The notes beneath the pieces were generated by a model that was not told the origin of the DNA, ran no database searches, and saw nothing but the letters and a program-made list of their open reading frames with translations. This document shows, in pieces, positions 18,652 to 28,022 of a DNA stretch of 64,000 nt. This DNA comes from a virus (lineage: Duplodnaviria; Caudoviricetes). The stretch is taken from the IMG/VR virus record IMGVR_UViG_3300027969_000041. One strand, given 5' to 3'. Position 1 is the first letter of the stretch. Every line of letters begins with the position of its first letter. The translations under genes and the position numbers were made by a program.

Positions 18652-19215
18652 TTAGAACCAAAGGTATAAGCCGTTTAGACTTAATAGTATTCCGACGCCA
18701 GCAACTACAAAACTGCCCCAGAACATGGCTACACTAACTGCTAAAATACTTGCTGATAGTACAACAATGGCTAATTGATAGGCAGTGCTTGCATATCCAA
18801 TCCAAGGGCTGGATTTTTTAGCCTCTTCGCGGGCAGCCTCCATTTCTCTTGCTTTAACAGCAATTTCTTTCTTGTCAGAATCCATGCGCTCTTTCTCAGC
18901 TTGGAATTCTGCTTTTAGTTTTGGATCAGCTGTTGTCTTTGCGGCAATTTCATATGTAACACCGCGACCTGCTTTGGCTTGATACTGTGCCCAAGTGTTA
19001 TTAGCACCTAGTGTGTTGTTTAATACTGTGCTGGACAATTTGCCACCATACCATGCGTTGACTGCCAGCAACAATGCGAATACGGAAATAACCATACCTG
19101 CTTTGTCTTTTAATTTTGCTTCACGCTCTGAACGTGAACCTGCCGGTGGCTTAGGTGCATCCGGATCTTTTGCTTGTTTAGTTACTAAATTTAGTACTGA
19201 ATCTATTAGTGCCAT
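18652..19215 (-). CDS. DUF4337-like membrane protein
   Basis: TM, WAQYQAK, coiled coil, two more TMs. Confidence 0.65.
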   Translation of the reverse strand: MALIDSVLNLVTKQAKDPDAPKPPAGSRSEREAKLKDKAGMVISVFALLLAVNAWYGGKLSSTVLNNTLGANNTWAQYQAKAGRGVTYEIAAKTTADPKLKAEFQAEKERMDSDKKEIAVKAREMEAAREEAKKSSPWIGYASTAYQLAIVVLSASILAVSVAMFWGSFVVAGVGILLSLNGLYLWF

Positions 19216-19230
19216 TTATTTTGCTCCTTA

Positions 19231-19419
19231 TTAAACTACGGCCATTGCAATGTTACATGCTTGTACGACATATCTAAATAAAACTTCATTGCCTGCACAT
19301 TCTTGAGCAGCACGAATATCTCTAATCTCTTGAAGTAGATAATTTCTTTCATCTAAACTAATATTGCCCATTTGGCATTGTTCAGTGATACTTTGAATTT
19401 CTTGTTCTAACGGATGCAT
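19231..19419 (-). CDS. Hypothetical protein
   Basis: 62-aa ORF translationally coupled in the lysis region. Confidence 0.7.
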   Translation of the reverse strand: MHPLEQEIQSITEQCQMGNISLDERNYLLQEIRDIRAAQECAGNEVLFRYVVQACNIAMAVV

Positions 19420-19769
19420 TATCTACCCTCCCATGCAGACTTGGCTGCGTCTATTCTTTGTTTTGCGGTCTTCTTTCCTAGTTCGCAGAAAGTTTTCGAA
19501 CCACCTTTACTCATGCGTTCTATATGCTTTTCTAATCCTCTAAGATTAGTAGACTGTGGATCTTGTCGCCACTCTGTGTACTTTGCTAGTTGTTCTGTAA
19601 TAGGATGTATTTCGGACCATGTTGGTTTTTCACAATCTTGTTTTTCCACGGAAAGGTCAACTGCTACAAGTTGATTGAACATTACTGGATCGTGGGGTCT
19701 TGGCCAGTATTCTTTAATAGTAGAACATCCACTCAGTGCTATTACCGCTATTAATAAAAGATGTTTCAT
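19419..19769 (-). CDS. Lipoprotein
   Basis: Lipobox ALSGC. Confidence 0.75.
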   Translation of the reverse strand: MKHLLLIAVIALSGCSTIKEYWPRPHDPVMFNQLVAVDLSVEKQDCEKPTWSEIHPITEQLAKYTEWRQDPQSTNLRGLEKHIERMSKGGSKTFCELGKKTAKQRIDAAKSAWEGR

Positions 19770-20395
19770 TAGTGAGTACCTAATACGTGCAAGGCATGTT
19801 CATAATGCTTGATGCGATCGTCTAATCCAATTGTACCACCGTTGATACGTTTGGTTAATGTTAGGATATCGCTTTTGTCGGCCCACTGATTTAAATTGTT
19901 AGCTTCCCAAAACCAGCAAGCACTTTGTACAGCACCTTCAAATGTTGCTAGGAATTCTGGAATATCTTCTACAGGTGTTTCAATACTGTCAGCAAAATTC
20001 TGATAATTTTGTTTGCCTGTTAATTGAATTAGTCCACGACCGCAATAACGGAATCCGTCACCGCTGGCTTCTGGTCCATTGCCCATTCGTCCGCCATAGA
20101 CACGATTGGCAATCATCTCCGGCTTTTGTGCGTATTGATTAGCAAGATCGTCATTGGGGAAATACTTAGGAAATACCTTGCGTAATGTTACAGCACGATA
20201 ATTTAAGTTTTCTTTTAACGCTCTAAAGCCACCACTTTCATGAGAGCATTGAGCAATAAAGGCTGCTACACGATGCGGGGTGTTAATATCGTAGTCTGGT
20301 AATGCTTGCTCTAAGGCATGATACCAATGATCTAAGTATGGATTACCTGGTAATAGTTGAGCCAGTTGCTCTCTTGATAAAATAAAATCTGACAT
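19769..20395 (-). CDS. Glycoside hydrolase family 19 endolysin
   Basis: AAFIAQCSHESGG, ENLNY, RGRGLIQLTG-like GRGLIQLTG, TKRINGG. Confidence 0.93.
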   Translation of the reverse strand: MSDFILSREQLAQLLPGNPYLDHWYHALEQALPDYDINTPHRVAAFIAQCSHESGGFRALKENLNYRAVTLRKVFPKYFPNDDLANQYAQKPEMIANRVYGGRMGNGPEASGDGFRYCGRGLIQLTGKQNYQNFADSIETPVEDIPEFLATFEGAVQSACWFWEANNLNQWADKSDILTLTKRINGGTIGLDDRIKHYEHALHVLGTH

Positions 20396-20664
20396 TACTT
20401 ATTAGCTTCCTCTGAAATAATTTTTTGTATTTGATACCATTCTTGCCATCCTTCTGCGACAATAACACATTGATAATATGTAGAATAGTTTTTAACCACA
20501 ACTTTTAGCAAATCTGCTAACGAAGTTGTATCGTTTGCTACCATATCTAAGTCTGGACATTTAAACATTAACTTACTAGGCGCTTCTGGGAATTTTTGTT
20601 TAACAGGAACTGTTGTAGAACATGCAGCTAGGAACACAGTTAGTACAAGGATAATTTTTTTCAT
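20395..20664 (-). CDS. Outer-membrane spanin (Rz1-like lipoprotein)
   Basis: Lipobox LAAC, Pro-rich, next to the endolysin. Confidence 0.75.
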   Translation of the reverse strand: MKKIILVLTVFLAACSTTVPVKQKFPEAPSKLMFKCPDLDMVANDTTSLADLLKVVVKNYSTYYQCVIVAEGWQEWYQIQKIISEEANK

Positions 20665-21110
20665 TTCTTATCTCCTCCAGCCGCCTTGTTCATTTGCGCT
20701 GCCGCATTATGAATTTCAATTGCTTCTTTAGGCAACGGGCAAATTTCTACAAATTTTGTAATTTCGGTGTTTCTATCAATGTACTTGATAATTTCCTCGC
20801 CCTTTTCCTTAATCACTTTAGTTTTGGTGATTATTTTTTCTTCAATTTTTACATTCTCTTCTTTGCTTTTTTCGTCAGCAATTGCTAATTTAGCTTCTAG
20901 TTCTTTAACACGCACCTGCCATTTTTCTTCATTGCTGGCAGCACCTAAGAACCAAACACTAATAACTAGAGCAACTGCTCCACCTATTTGTAATAGCAAT
21001 TTGTAAGGTTTTAAAATGTATGATAACCCAATTGACCCTATACCTGCAAAAAATAATAACGTCCAGAACCAGTCCGGAAGGAACGAAAGTATCCATGTAA
21101 GTTGCCACAT
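20661..21110 (-). CDS. Inner-membrane spanin (Rz-like)
   Basis: N-terminal TMs, coiled coil, C-terminal Cys. Confidence 0.7.
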   Translation of the reverse strand: MWQLTWILSFLPDWFWTLLFFAGIGSIGLSYILKPYKLLLQIGGAVALVISVWFLGAASNEEKWQVRVKELEAKLAIADEKSKEENVKIEEKIITKTKVIKEKGEEIIKYIDRNTEITKFVEICPLPKEAIEIHNAAAQMNKAAGGDKK

Positions 21111-21111
21111 A

Positions 21112-21870
21112 TTACCACCTATCTTTTTCTATGACTACAGCTTGTTTGCCGTTCCTAATTAAAAACTTATTTCCAATTTTATTGATATCGTAGTTACCGA
21201 TATACTTATTTAAGAACAGTACTTGACTTTGACTACTTTCATCTAAAGATAGTCTTCCAGGAACTGTATTTTTAACATCGTCGTATTCACCAATTGCAAT
21301 GAATTTTGCTTGAATAGGACCAGCATACGGTCTGCTAAATGTTATTGTGTTATTCTCTGCAAGCTCTACATCAACAGCACCTTGATCAAAAAAACCTTTA
21401 ACATCAATTGATTTAATTTCTGTGATCTTAGCAGCGTATTCTGCAGGAGTTGTAGGAATGTTTTCTAGTACAGCTTCTTCGTTGAATTCTACACTGTTAG
21501 GATTTTTTTGGTATCTGAAACGCCAGTCTCTAAATCCACACAAATGACTAACTCCGCTTAACAGGTCTTTCATTTGATAAGGAAGTTCCGGAGTACGTTC
21601 CATTTCAACAAACACTTGATATTGACCATCGTGTTCTTCACCCGCGCTCATATCAGCATCAAGAATAAAAGGATAACCTTTTTCAATAAATTCCATTAAG
21701 TCAGTTGCGGGATATTTTTCTTTAACACGGAATCCTAAAACTACAATGTCTGCATCCTCGCCCATCTTACTGCGATATTGATCTACAGTGAATATATCAC
21801 TAACTAATTCTTTTAGATCACCGTAGCGTAATCCTTCTGTTAAGATGTTATTGTGTTGGTTGTTCGACAT
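21112..21870 (-). CDS. Hypothetical phage protein
   Basis: 252 aa; N-terminus NILTE|G is a possible maturation site. Confidence 0.75.
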   Translation of the reverse strand: MSNNQHNNILTEGLRYGDLKELVSDIFTVDQYRSKMGEDADIVVLGFRVKEKYPATDLMEFIEKGYPFILDADMSAGEEHDGQYQVFVEMERTPELPYQMKDLLSGVSHLCGFRDWRFRYQKNPNSVEFNEEAVLENIPTTPAEYAAKITEIKSIDVKGFFDQGAVDVELAENNTITFSRPYAGPIQAKFIAIGEYDDVKNTVPGRLSLDESSQSQVLFLNKYIGNYDINKIGNKFLIRNGKQAVVIEKDRW

Positions 21871-22375
21871 TCTGTGGTTCCTCTTGTGCTACTTCGTTGG
21901 CTTCTAGGTCTTCAGTGTTGCTATAACGCATCATCTCAACATGCTGATTATGATCACGATTTTCTTTGCCAATGTAGACATCTTGCATTAGTTTCTTAGG
22001 CATAGTAATTTCTACAGTCCAAATAGGATGTGCATCAATTTTGCCTTTTTTGGTACCTGGGCGGAAATCGCCTGGTTCTTTAATTTTTCTAGGAAGTAAG
22101 ATATCTTCCTTTTTATAAACTACTTGGCATCCGTAGCCAAATAAACGCTTTGCACCTTCGGGATCAGGCATTTCTTGGTCGTCCCACATGAATGTACATT
22201 TAACACCGTATCTAGAAACTTCAGGGCCTGCAATTAATTCACCTTCTTCCCAGTTTTTAAATACATAGATATCTAATTCGTCGATAACACGCTCGAAGTC
22301 TTTTAATACTTTGAACGCACTATTATTCTCGCTGAGAGTTTGTAGGTTTTTAATTACATCAACAATATCGTGCAT
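21848..22375 (-). CDS. Hypothetical late protein
   Basis: 175 aa, downstream of a perfect TATAAATA. Confidence 0.75.
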   Translation of the reverse strand: MHDIVDVIKNLQTLSENNSAFKVLKDFERVIDELDIYVFKNWEEGELIAGPEVSRYGVKCTFMWDDQEMPDPEGAKRLFGYGCQVVYKKEDILLPRKIKEPGDFRPGTKKGKIDAHPIWTVEITMPKKLMQDVYIGKENRDHNQHVEMMRYSNTEDLEANEVAQEEPQNVEQPTQ

Positions 22376-22394
22376 GGTGGTTTCCGTTATTGTA

Positions 22395-22402
22395 TATTTA
22401 TA
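22395..22402 (-). promoter_or_regulatory. T4-type late promoter TATAAATA
   Basis: Exact consensus about 20 nt upstream of the ATG at 22375. Confidence 0.75.
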
Positions 22403-22522
22403 CCGAGATAACTTCTAAAATCTATTAATTTATTGGATCCATTTTTGGTGTATTTGAGCATACTTTTGAAGTTCGGATGTAAATATCTATGCAGATCGAT
22501 CTTCATTCATAGGGAGGTACAA

Positions 22523-23278
22523 TTGCCTAGAGCTAGAAGACACGAAAAAAATCAGTCACAGCGAGATCCTCGTTTTGTAACTGAAACAAATAACTTGATC
22601 CAGATCAAGCCATATTTGAAAAGAAAGCAGCAAGTCACGATTGTTCCACGGAACTTATCGCAGGAAAATTATCTTGAATTGCTAAAAAATCCCAAGAAAT
22701 ACATTGTTTTTGCCATAGGACCTGCGGGTACGGGTAAAACTATGTTGGCTGTACAGATGGCTATAAAACTGTTCAAAGAGGGGGTGATCAATAAAATTAT
22801 TGTTACACGACCAGCTGTCAGCGTAGATGAAGAACATGGGTTCTTACCAGGAGACCTTAATGCCAAGATGGCTCCTTGGACAAGACCTATATTTGACGTA
22901 TTTGAAGAATATTACCATCCAAAAGAAATAGCGGAAATGCTAGAGGATGGAGTGATTGAAATATCACCATTGGCCTATATGAGGGGCCGCACGTTCAAGA
23001 ATGCTTTTGTTGTTGCAGACGAAATGCAGAACGCCACACCGTCACAGATGAAAATGTTGTTAACACGACTAGGAGATAATTCTAGAATGGTAGTTACAGG
23101 AGACTTAAATCAAGCAGACAGACCACGTGAGAACGGGTTGCTAGAATTTTGCAGTTTATTCGGCCGAGGAGGTGAGTATCGGATGATTGCTATGGCACAG
23201 TTTGAAATTAGAGATGTGGAACGTCACCCTGTAGTTAAAGAAATCTTAAAAATATATAAGGAAGATTCTATCGAGTAA
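22523..23278 (+). CDS. phoH: PhoH-like ATPase
   Basis: GPAGTGKT, RPAV, YMRGRTF, DEMQN, GDLNQAD; TTG start after GGAGG. Confidence 0.95.
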   Translation: MPRARRHEKNQSQRDPRFVTETNNLIQIKPYLKRKQQVTIVPRNLSQENYLELLKNPKKYIVFAIGPAGTGKTMLAVQMAIKLFKEGVINKIIVTRPAVSVDEEHGFLPGDLNAKMAPWTRPIFDVFEEYYHPKEIAEMLEDGVIEISPLAYMRGRTFKNAFVVADEMQNATPSQMKMLLTRLGDNSRMVVTGDLNQADRPRENGLLEFCSLFGRGGEYRMIAMAQFEIRDVERHPVVKEILKIYKEDSIE

Positions 23279-23299
23279 CCCCAAACTCAATTCAACAGA

Positions 23300-23339
23300 A
23301 AACCGCATAGTAATCGATCTGCAAACGACTATGCGGTTT
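23300..23339. terminator. Putative bidirectional intrinsic terminator
   Basis: 12-bp inverted repeat AAACCGCATAGT/ACTATGCGGTTT between convergent genes. Confidence 0.75.
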
Positions 23340-23343
23340 CTTG

Positions 23344-24270
23344 TTATTGTAAGCGAGCTAATTTTACAAGTGTGGCTGCAAGATTTATCTCAGGATCTGC
23401 AATCAATGTATGATCTACTAATCCTTGTTTAATTACAAGTAATGCTGAATCTTTTTGTTCTTCGCTTTGACCAAACAAATCTAAATTCTGATACATCCAT
23501 GTATAGATGTCTTCAATCTCTTCTGGACGCACTCGACCGCACAATAATGTACGTGCTTCTTTGATCTTGCCCTTCTTAAACAATTCAACCATATCAATCT
23601 TATAATCAGCGGCAGCACTGTCTCCAGCTGTAGGAGTGGCAAGTTTTTTATCTTCTGTAATGTTTTGTTGTACTTGATTAATACATTTACGCAAATCTGG
23701 ATATGTTAGTTTGACATAAGTGTCAAGTGTATCCATATCAAAATCAATATTTTCTGTAAGCAAAATAGTTGCTACACGAGCAGTAAATTCTACTTGGTCA
23801 GTTTTCTCAACATGGTAACCTTGGCACCGACTGTGAATAGCAGGAATAATTTTGTTACGATAGTTACAAGTTAGAATGAATCTACTTGTGCTAGAGTACG
23901 TTTCCATTAATCCACGCAAGATAGCCTGCGATGCAGGGGTTAGATAATCGGCTTCGTCTAAGAGCACAACCTTAAATGGACCAAATGGAATCATTTGTAC
24001 AAAGTTTGTAATCTTATCTCGCATGTCGTCAATACGATTTTCTCTAGATGCGTTCATTTCTAACACATCGTAGTCTTCGATACCTAGTTCGTGTAACAAC
24101 ACCTTTGCCAGCGTTGTCTTACCAATACCTGCACTGCCACTAAACAACAAATGTGGAATACTGCTTTCTTTAATCCAAGCCTTGACCTGACGTTTTTGAG
24201 ACTCGTCCTTAAACACATAATCTTCAATTGTTTTAGGTCGATATTTTTCAACCCATAGTTCTTTAGCCAT
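23344..24270 (-). CDS. Clamp loader small subunit (RFC / T4 gp44-like)
   Basis: WVEKYRP, GSAGIGKT, LDEAD, SRC, YPDLR; start moved to 24270. Confidence 0.95.
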   Translation of the reverse strand: MAKELWVEKYRPKTIEDYVFKDESQKRQVKAWIKESSIPHLLFSGSAGIGKTTLAKVLLHELGIEDYDVLEMNASRENRIDDMRDKITNFVQMIPFGPFKVVLLDEADYLTPASQAILRGLMETYSSTSRFILTCNYRNKIIPAIHSRCQGYHVEKTDQVEFTARVATILLTENIDFDMDTLDTYVKLTYPDLRKCINQVQQNITEDKKLATPTAGDSAAADYKIDMVELFKKGKIKEARTLLCGRVRPEEIEDIYTWMYQNLDLFGQSEEQKDSALLVIKQGLVDHTLIADPEINLAATLVKLARLQ

Positions 24271-24541
24271 TATTTGGAACCCTTGTAAAGATGTGCCAGA
24301 CACCTGATTCGTGATGTACAGTATTAAGGAATCTAAATACTCCACCTGTCATGTCAAGTGGTTCGCCAGTTCCGAAGATTCTAAATTCACGATCTTCGAC
24401 TTCTTCTTCCTCAGAGTTTACAGCCGCCCAGATGCAAAGTAGATTTCCTTGAAACTCTGCGGTAAACGGATCTGCCCCAACAGGCATTTTTATAAGTTGT
24501 GTACCTGTTACATCTAACTGATACTTGTAAATTGTTTTCAT
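24263..24541 (-). CDS. Hypothetical protein
   Basis: MKTIYKY..; start at a TAATG overlap. Confidence 0.7.
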   Translation of the reverse strand: MKTIYKYQLDVTGTQLIKMPVGADPFTAEFQGNLLCIWAAVNSEEEEVEDREFRIFGTGEPLDMTGGVFRFLNTVHHESGVWHIFTRVPNNG

Positions 24542-24792
24542 TATACTACTTCCTCTAAAATTCCTAATATTTCTGCTAGGATTAACAACCAACCTACTAG
24601 AGATAATCCTGCCATAATAAGTGCAGCCCCTGCGGAAATTCGTACAGCACTTTTTACAACACTGACATAAAAATGCCCTTTGCTTGTGTCCTTAGGCTGG
24701 ATGTTTAGCATAGGAGAATGATGCGGGCACCGTCCTTGATTGTAATCACAGTCTGGACTATATTCTTTATTGCAAGTCTTACATTTATCCAC
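24541..24792 (-). CDS. Small membrane protein with Cys-rich N-terminus
   Basis: CKTC..C..CPHH then a TM hairpin; GTG start inferred. Confidence 0.6.
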   Translation of the reverse strand: MDKCKTCNKEYSPDCDYNQGRCPHHSPMLNIQPKDTSKGHFYVSVVKSAVRISAGAALIMAGLSLVGWLLILAEILGILEEVV

Positions 24793-25078
24793 GCAGACTC
24801 TCCAAGGTAATAATTTTACCCAAACATTCACCAAGGTCTTGATCATGCCCAACAATGTGTAGTTGTTGAAAACTGCGATCTTTCTGTCTATCGTACATAT
24901 GAGTTTGTACCACAGTACCACCGTTGGCTCTAAAAATGTTAAAACGTAATGGTTCACCGTCTAGTTCGTGACTGTCTCTTGCGCTAACAACTGAGTTCCC
25001 GCCAAGTTTAGAACTAACATATTCAACGTCGTCATCTCTGTTTAACCAGTCGCGAAGTCGTCGCTTAAGCCATCTCAT
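24785..25078 (-). CDS. Hypothetical protein
   Basis: 97-aa coupled ORF. Confidence 0.7.
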   Translation of the reverse strand: MRWLKRRLRDWLNRDDDVEYVSSKLGGNSVVSARDSHELDGEPLRFNIFRANGGTVVQTHMYDRQKDRSFQQLHIVGHDQDLGECLGKIITLESLRG

Positions 25079-25278
25079 TCAGATAACCCTTTGGCTAGTG
25101 TACGCATTTCTTCATCAGTCATAAAGAAATTATAAGTTGATGAAAAATCAACATCACCTTCTTTATTTTTAGATTCTTGTATAAATTCAACAGAATTTAA
25201 ATTTGATGGGCTAAGGCATTTCCAAGACTTAACACGGAGTCGAAATGCTTGATCTTCTTTAACTACAAAGTTTTTCAT
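25075..25278 (-). CDS. Hypothetical protein
   Basis: 67-aa ORF with ATGA overlaps. Confidence 0.7.
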   Translation of the reverse strand: MKNFVVKEDQAFRLRVKSWKCLSPSNLNSVEFIQESKNKEGDVDFSSTYNFFMTDEEMRTLAKGLSE

Positions 25279-25739
25279 TGTTTATTCCTTTCTGATTCTG
25301 CTACACGTTTACGGAGACTACTACTACTAAATGAATGATCTCGATGATTGAATACATGTACCATACCTCGACCGGCGCCTTCATTACGACCTGTGAAATT
25401 TGTATCTTCGTACTCAACTCCTAGTATACGCACATCTAGGGGTAATGTCAAGATTAAATCAATCAAATCTTGCTCAGTGCTATAGACTACAATTTCGTCA
25501 ACATATCGGCAAGCACCTAGAGTAATTTGTCGTTCAACTATTGTCTGAACAGGTTTATTTTTAGTATCCGGACGATCAATAGTTGGATCAGTTTGTAATC
25601 CGCAAATTAAGTAATCACAATGATTCTTGGCTTCTGCTAGCATAGCAATATGCCCTGCGTGAAGTAGGTCAAACGTTGAACAGGTAAACCCTACTGTTAA
25701 TCCTTGCTCTTTGAGCTCTTTTATTTTATTAAATATCAT
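25275..25739 (-). CDS. TagD-like cytidylyltransferase, copy 1
   Basis: STFDLLHAGH, YLICGLQ, YVDEI, SSSSLR. Confidence 0.9.
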   Translation of the reverse strand: MIFNKIKELKEQGLTVGFTCSTFDLLHAGHIAMLAEAKNHCDYLICGLQTDPTIDRPDTKNKPVQTIVERQITLGACRYVDEIVVYSTEQDLIDLILTLPLDVRILGVEYEDTNFTGRNEGAGRGMVHVFNHRDHSFSSSSLRKRVAESERNKQ

Positions 25740-25971
25740 TTTTGAGAATTTTTATAACTTTTTTCTTTTCTTGCTCTCGTAACCACTCATCCTCGCCTGA
25801 GAATGTAGGGCACCTTTTTAAAGCATCATCTAAAATCCATTTTATCCTATACAAATCTTGTTTGGTATAAAAGCTGGTAAATCCGTCATTACGAGGATCA
25901 CTGCACTCATAGACGGCACAATTAATTTGTTTAGCGATGTCTGCAACATCCCATGATTTTTTAAATCCCAT
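25729..25971 (-). CDS. Hypothetical protein (probably leaderless mRNA)
   Basis: 80 aa; ATG 6 nt after the -10 box. Confidence 0.7.
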   Translation of the reverse strand: MGFKKSWDVADIAKQINCAVYECSDPRNDGFTSFYTKQDLYRIKWILDDALKRCPTFSGEDEWLREQEKKKVIKILKNDI

Positions 25972-25977
25972 GTACTA

Positions 25978-26014
25978 ATTATAGAGACAAAACAAGGGTC
26001 TGTCAAGACCCTTG
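25978..26014 (-). promoter_or_regulatory. Consensus sigma70 promoter with its -35 box as the loop of a terminator-like hairpin
   Basis: CAAGGGTC-TTGACA-GACCCTTG-TTTT; TTGACA-N17-TATAAT. Confidence 0.85.
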
Positions 26015-26029
26015 ATTGCCAAGTGTTAA

Positions 26030-26410
26030 TTAACCTGGGATGTTAAAGTTAAAGTTTGATCCAGCCCCAACAGCGTGGTTACGCTGTGCGCCACTTGGTT
26101 TTTCATCTGCTGACATTAGAATAGCATTTAGATCGGCAAGTCGGATAACAATGTCGTTGCCTTCCGGTGTTCGATAGTTAATACCGCGACTCCAACGACC
26201 GTGTTCAAGTAAGATCCATTCTCCTACTTTTACATCTATTTGGTTTGGCCCAATTGCATATACCTTGGCCCAGCGTGGATGAATGCCTGTGCTTTTACCG
26301 TCATCGGAGGGTAGAAAAATTCCACCTACTGATTTTTCTATTCCAAATTCCATCTCATGAACTAAAACTTTGTTGTCCAATGGACGTAATGTGCCTTCTA
26401 CTGGTTTCAT
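26030..26410 (-). CDS. GroES-like co-chaperonin
   Basis: LRPLDNKVLV, GGIFLP, VYAIGP, VKVGEWIL. Confidence 0.85.
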   Translation of the reverse strand: MKPVEGTLRPLDNKVLVHEMEFGIEKSVGGIFLPSDDGKSTGIHPRWAKVYAIGPNQIDVKVGEWILLEHGRWSRGINYRTPEGNDIVIRLADLNAILMSADEKPSGAQRNHAVGAGSNFNFNIPG

Positions 26411-26710
26411 TTATTCCTCGGATTTCTTATTAGATTTTGTAGTAACCGCTGGAGCAGGTGTTACTACAACAGATTCTGGAACAATTATTTCTTCTTCAAC
26501 TACTTCAGTGACTACCATGGGCTTTGCATTTGGATTATCTTCATAATAATCTGCTACAATATCTTCACGCCTGCGAATAATTTTACCACCGGTGCCTAAT
26601 TCGTCACCACGTGCGTTGACATTCATGTTGCCGATTGCCGGCATCAATTCGTTTTGTCGCATTAGTTTTTCCATATCTACGACTTTGCCCTGCATTGTTT
26701 TGTATGACAT
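26411..26710 (-). CDS. Hypothetical protein
   Basis: 99-aa ORF after TAGGAG. Confidence 0.75.
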   Translation of the reverse strand: MSYKTMQGKVVDMEKLMRQNELMPAIGNMNVNARGDELGTGGKIIRRREDIVADYYEDNPNAKPMVVTEVVEEEIIVPESVVVTPAPAVTTKSNKKSEE

Positions 26711-26719
26711 TATAGTCTC

Positions 26720-27241
26720 CTATTTCAAAAATTCTTTTATATCTAACTCATATTTAATTGAGTCAACTTTATGTACGCCTAACAAGTATAGCACATAACT
26801 GGCTACGCTACTACCTCGACCTACACCCCATACAATGTTGTTTTCTCGCATCGTATCTACCAAGTATTTAAGGTAATACAATAGGTCCATCATATTATGT
26901 TGGATAAACAATTCTAGTTCTTCACTTACTCTATTAGTCTGTTCTTTAGTACTGCACATCCCATAAAGCATTTCTACTAAATTTGGACAATAGTCGTTGG
27001 GCATAAACCAATTAGATTGATTATATTTGTCAAACGATTTTAGATCTACATTTGGATCTATTTCTAGTTTTTCAAGGTCGGGCAGTCTGTCTGCATTAAG
27101 TCTGCGAGCATTATTATATTGCTCAATGACACTGTCACTGTCAATATACACATTTTCTAATGTGTCAATCTTTTGATTGTATAGTGCGGAAAATGCTTCT
27201 TGCTCAGTTACTTCTACTTGACTGTATTGGTTAAGTTTCAC
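26720..27241 (-). CDS. Short DNA polymerase III alpha (DnaE)-like fragment
   Basis: RVSEELELF, WGVGRGSSVASYVLYLLGVHKVD; ends before PDIDxD. Confidence 0.85.
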   Translation of the reverse strand: MKLNQYSQVEVTEQEAFSALYNQKIDTLENVYIDSDSVIEQYNNARRLNADRLPDLEKLEIDPNVDLKSFDKYNQSNWFMPNDYCPNLVEMLYGMCSTKEQTNRVSEELELFIQHNMMDLLYYLKYLVDTMRENNIVWGVGRGSSVASYVLYLLGVHKVDSIKYELDIKEFLK

Positions 27242-27782
27242 TTAGACCACCTTTGATAATTCTCGGTTCGAAACGAGGACCATCGCTGATGTTCAAATCT
27301 TCCCATGACGTTGTGTCGCCTGAGCCTGTATTCACTGAATCTGTATTCCACCAATGATCGCCTTGTAAATCTAATCCGGATTCTGCCGGATGTGATATAC
27401 TATACTGTACACGATCGCCTACTAGACTGTCAATAGTAAAGTGACTAATATGGAAATATTTTTCTGTAATTTTTAAGAATTTAGCAAACAATACACACCC
27501 AACATAGAAGTCATACGGATCATCTGGTAAATGTACTATGTTTGTTTCCATTTCTTTTAGAGATGGTAATAGCGGATGTTTGGAACATATAACAATACTA
27601 TTTTCCAAATACTCGTCTACAAACTGTCTTATTTTTCTAAATCCCAACCCTATATTATTGATCTGTCCAATTGGTTCAACAGCAATAGTAATGTTGTAAA
27701 GATTTGAAAGGATTAAGTTATCGGTTACTAAGGTACAGCTAAATTCTGTGGGCCATACTACTTGATCTGCGTCAGTCAACAT
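27231..27782 (-). CDS. Hypothetical protein
   Basis: 183-aa coupled ORF. Confidence 0.75.
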   Translation of the reverse strand: MLTDADQVVWPTEFSCTLVTDNLILSNLYNITIAVEPIGQINNIGLGFRKIRQFVDEYLENSIVICSKHPLLPSLKEMETNIVHLPDDPYDFYVGCVLFAKFLKITEKYFHISHFTIDSLVGDRVQYSISHPAESGLDLQGDHWWNTDSVNTGSGDTTSWEDLNISDGPRFEPRIIKGGLSET

Positions 27783-28014
27783 TAATTAAATCGTCCAAGC
27801 CTTTGTTTTGTTTTTTCAACATCGTTTGTGAATTTTCCATCTGTCTACGATGTTGTTCGGTTCTATATGTATCTAATGCTACTACAATTTGTTGTGCAGC
27901 CCCACCTTGACCCATGCGAGCAGCAATATGATATTTGCGACTAAGATCTAGAATTTTATTTTCTAGATCTTGATCTTTTAATTTGCTAGGGTCGTCTAAT
28001 AACGGATGATACAT
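27772..28014 (-). CDS. Hypothetical protein
   Basis: 80-aa coupled ORF. Confidence 0.75.
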   Translation of the reverse strand: MYHPLLDDPSKLKDQDLENKILDLSRKYHIAARMGQGGAAQQIVVALDTYRTEQHRRQMENSQTMLKKQNKGLDDLINVD

Positions 28015-28022
28015 AAGTTAAT

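Noticed and set aside
26411-27241. TAG read-through fusing the DnaE fragment in frame to the next ORF
   Set aside because: The downstream ORF has no PDIDxD or DnaE similarity and has its own AGGAG RBS.
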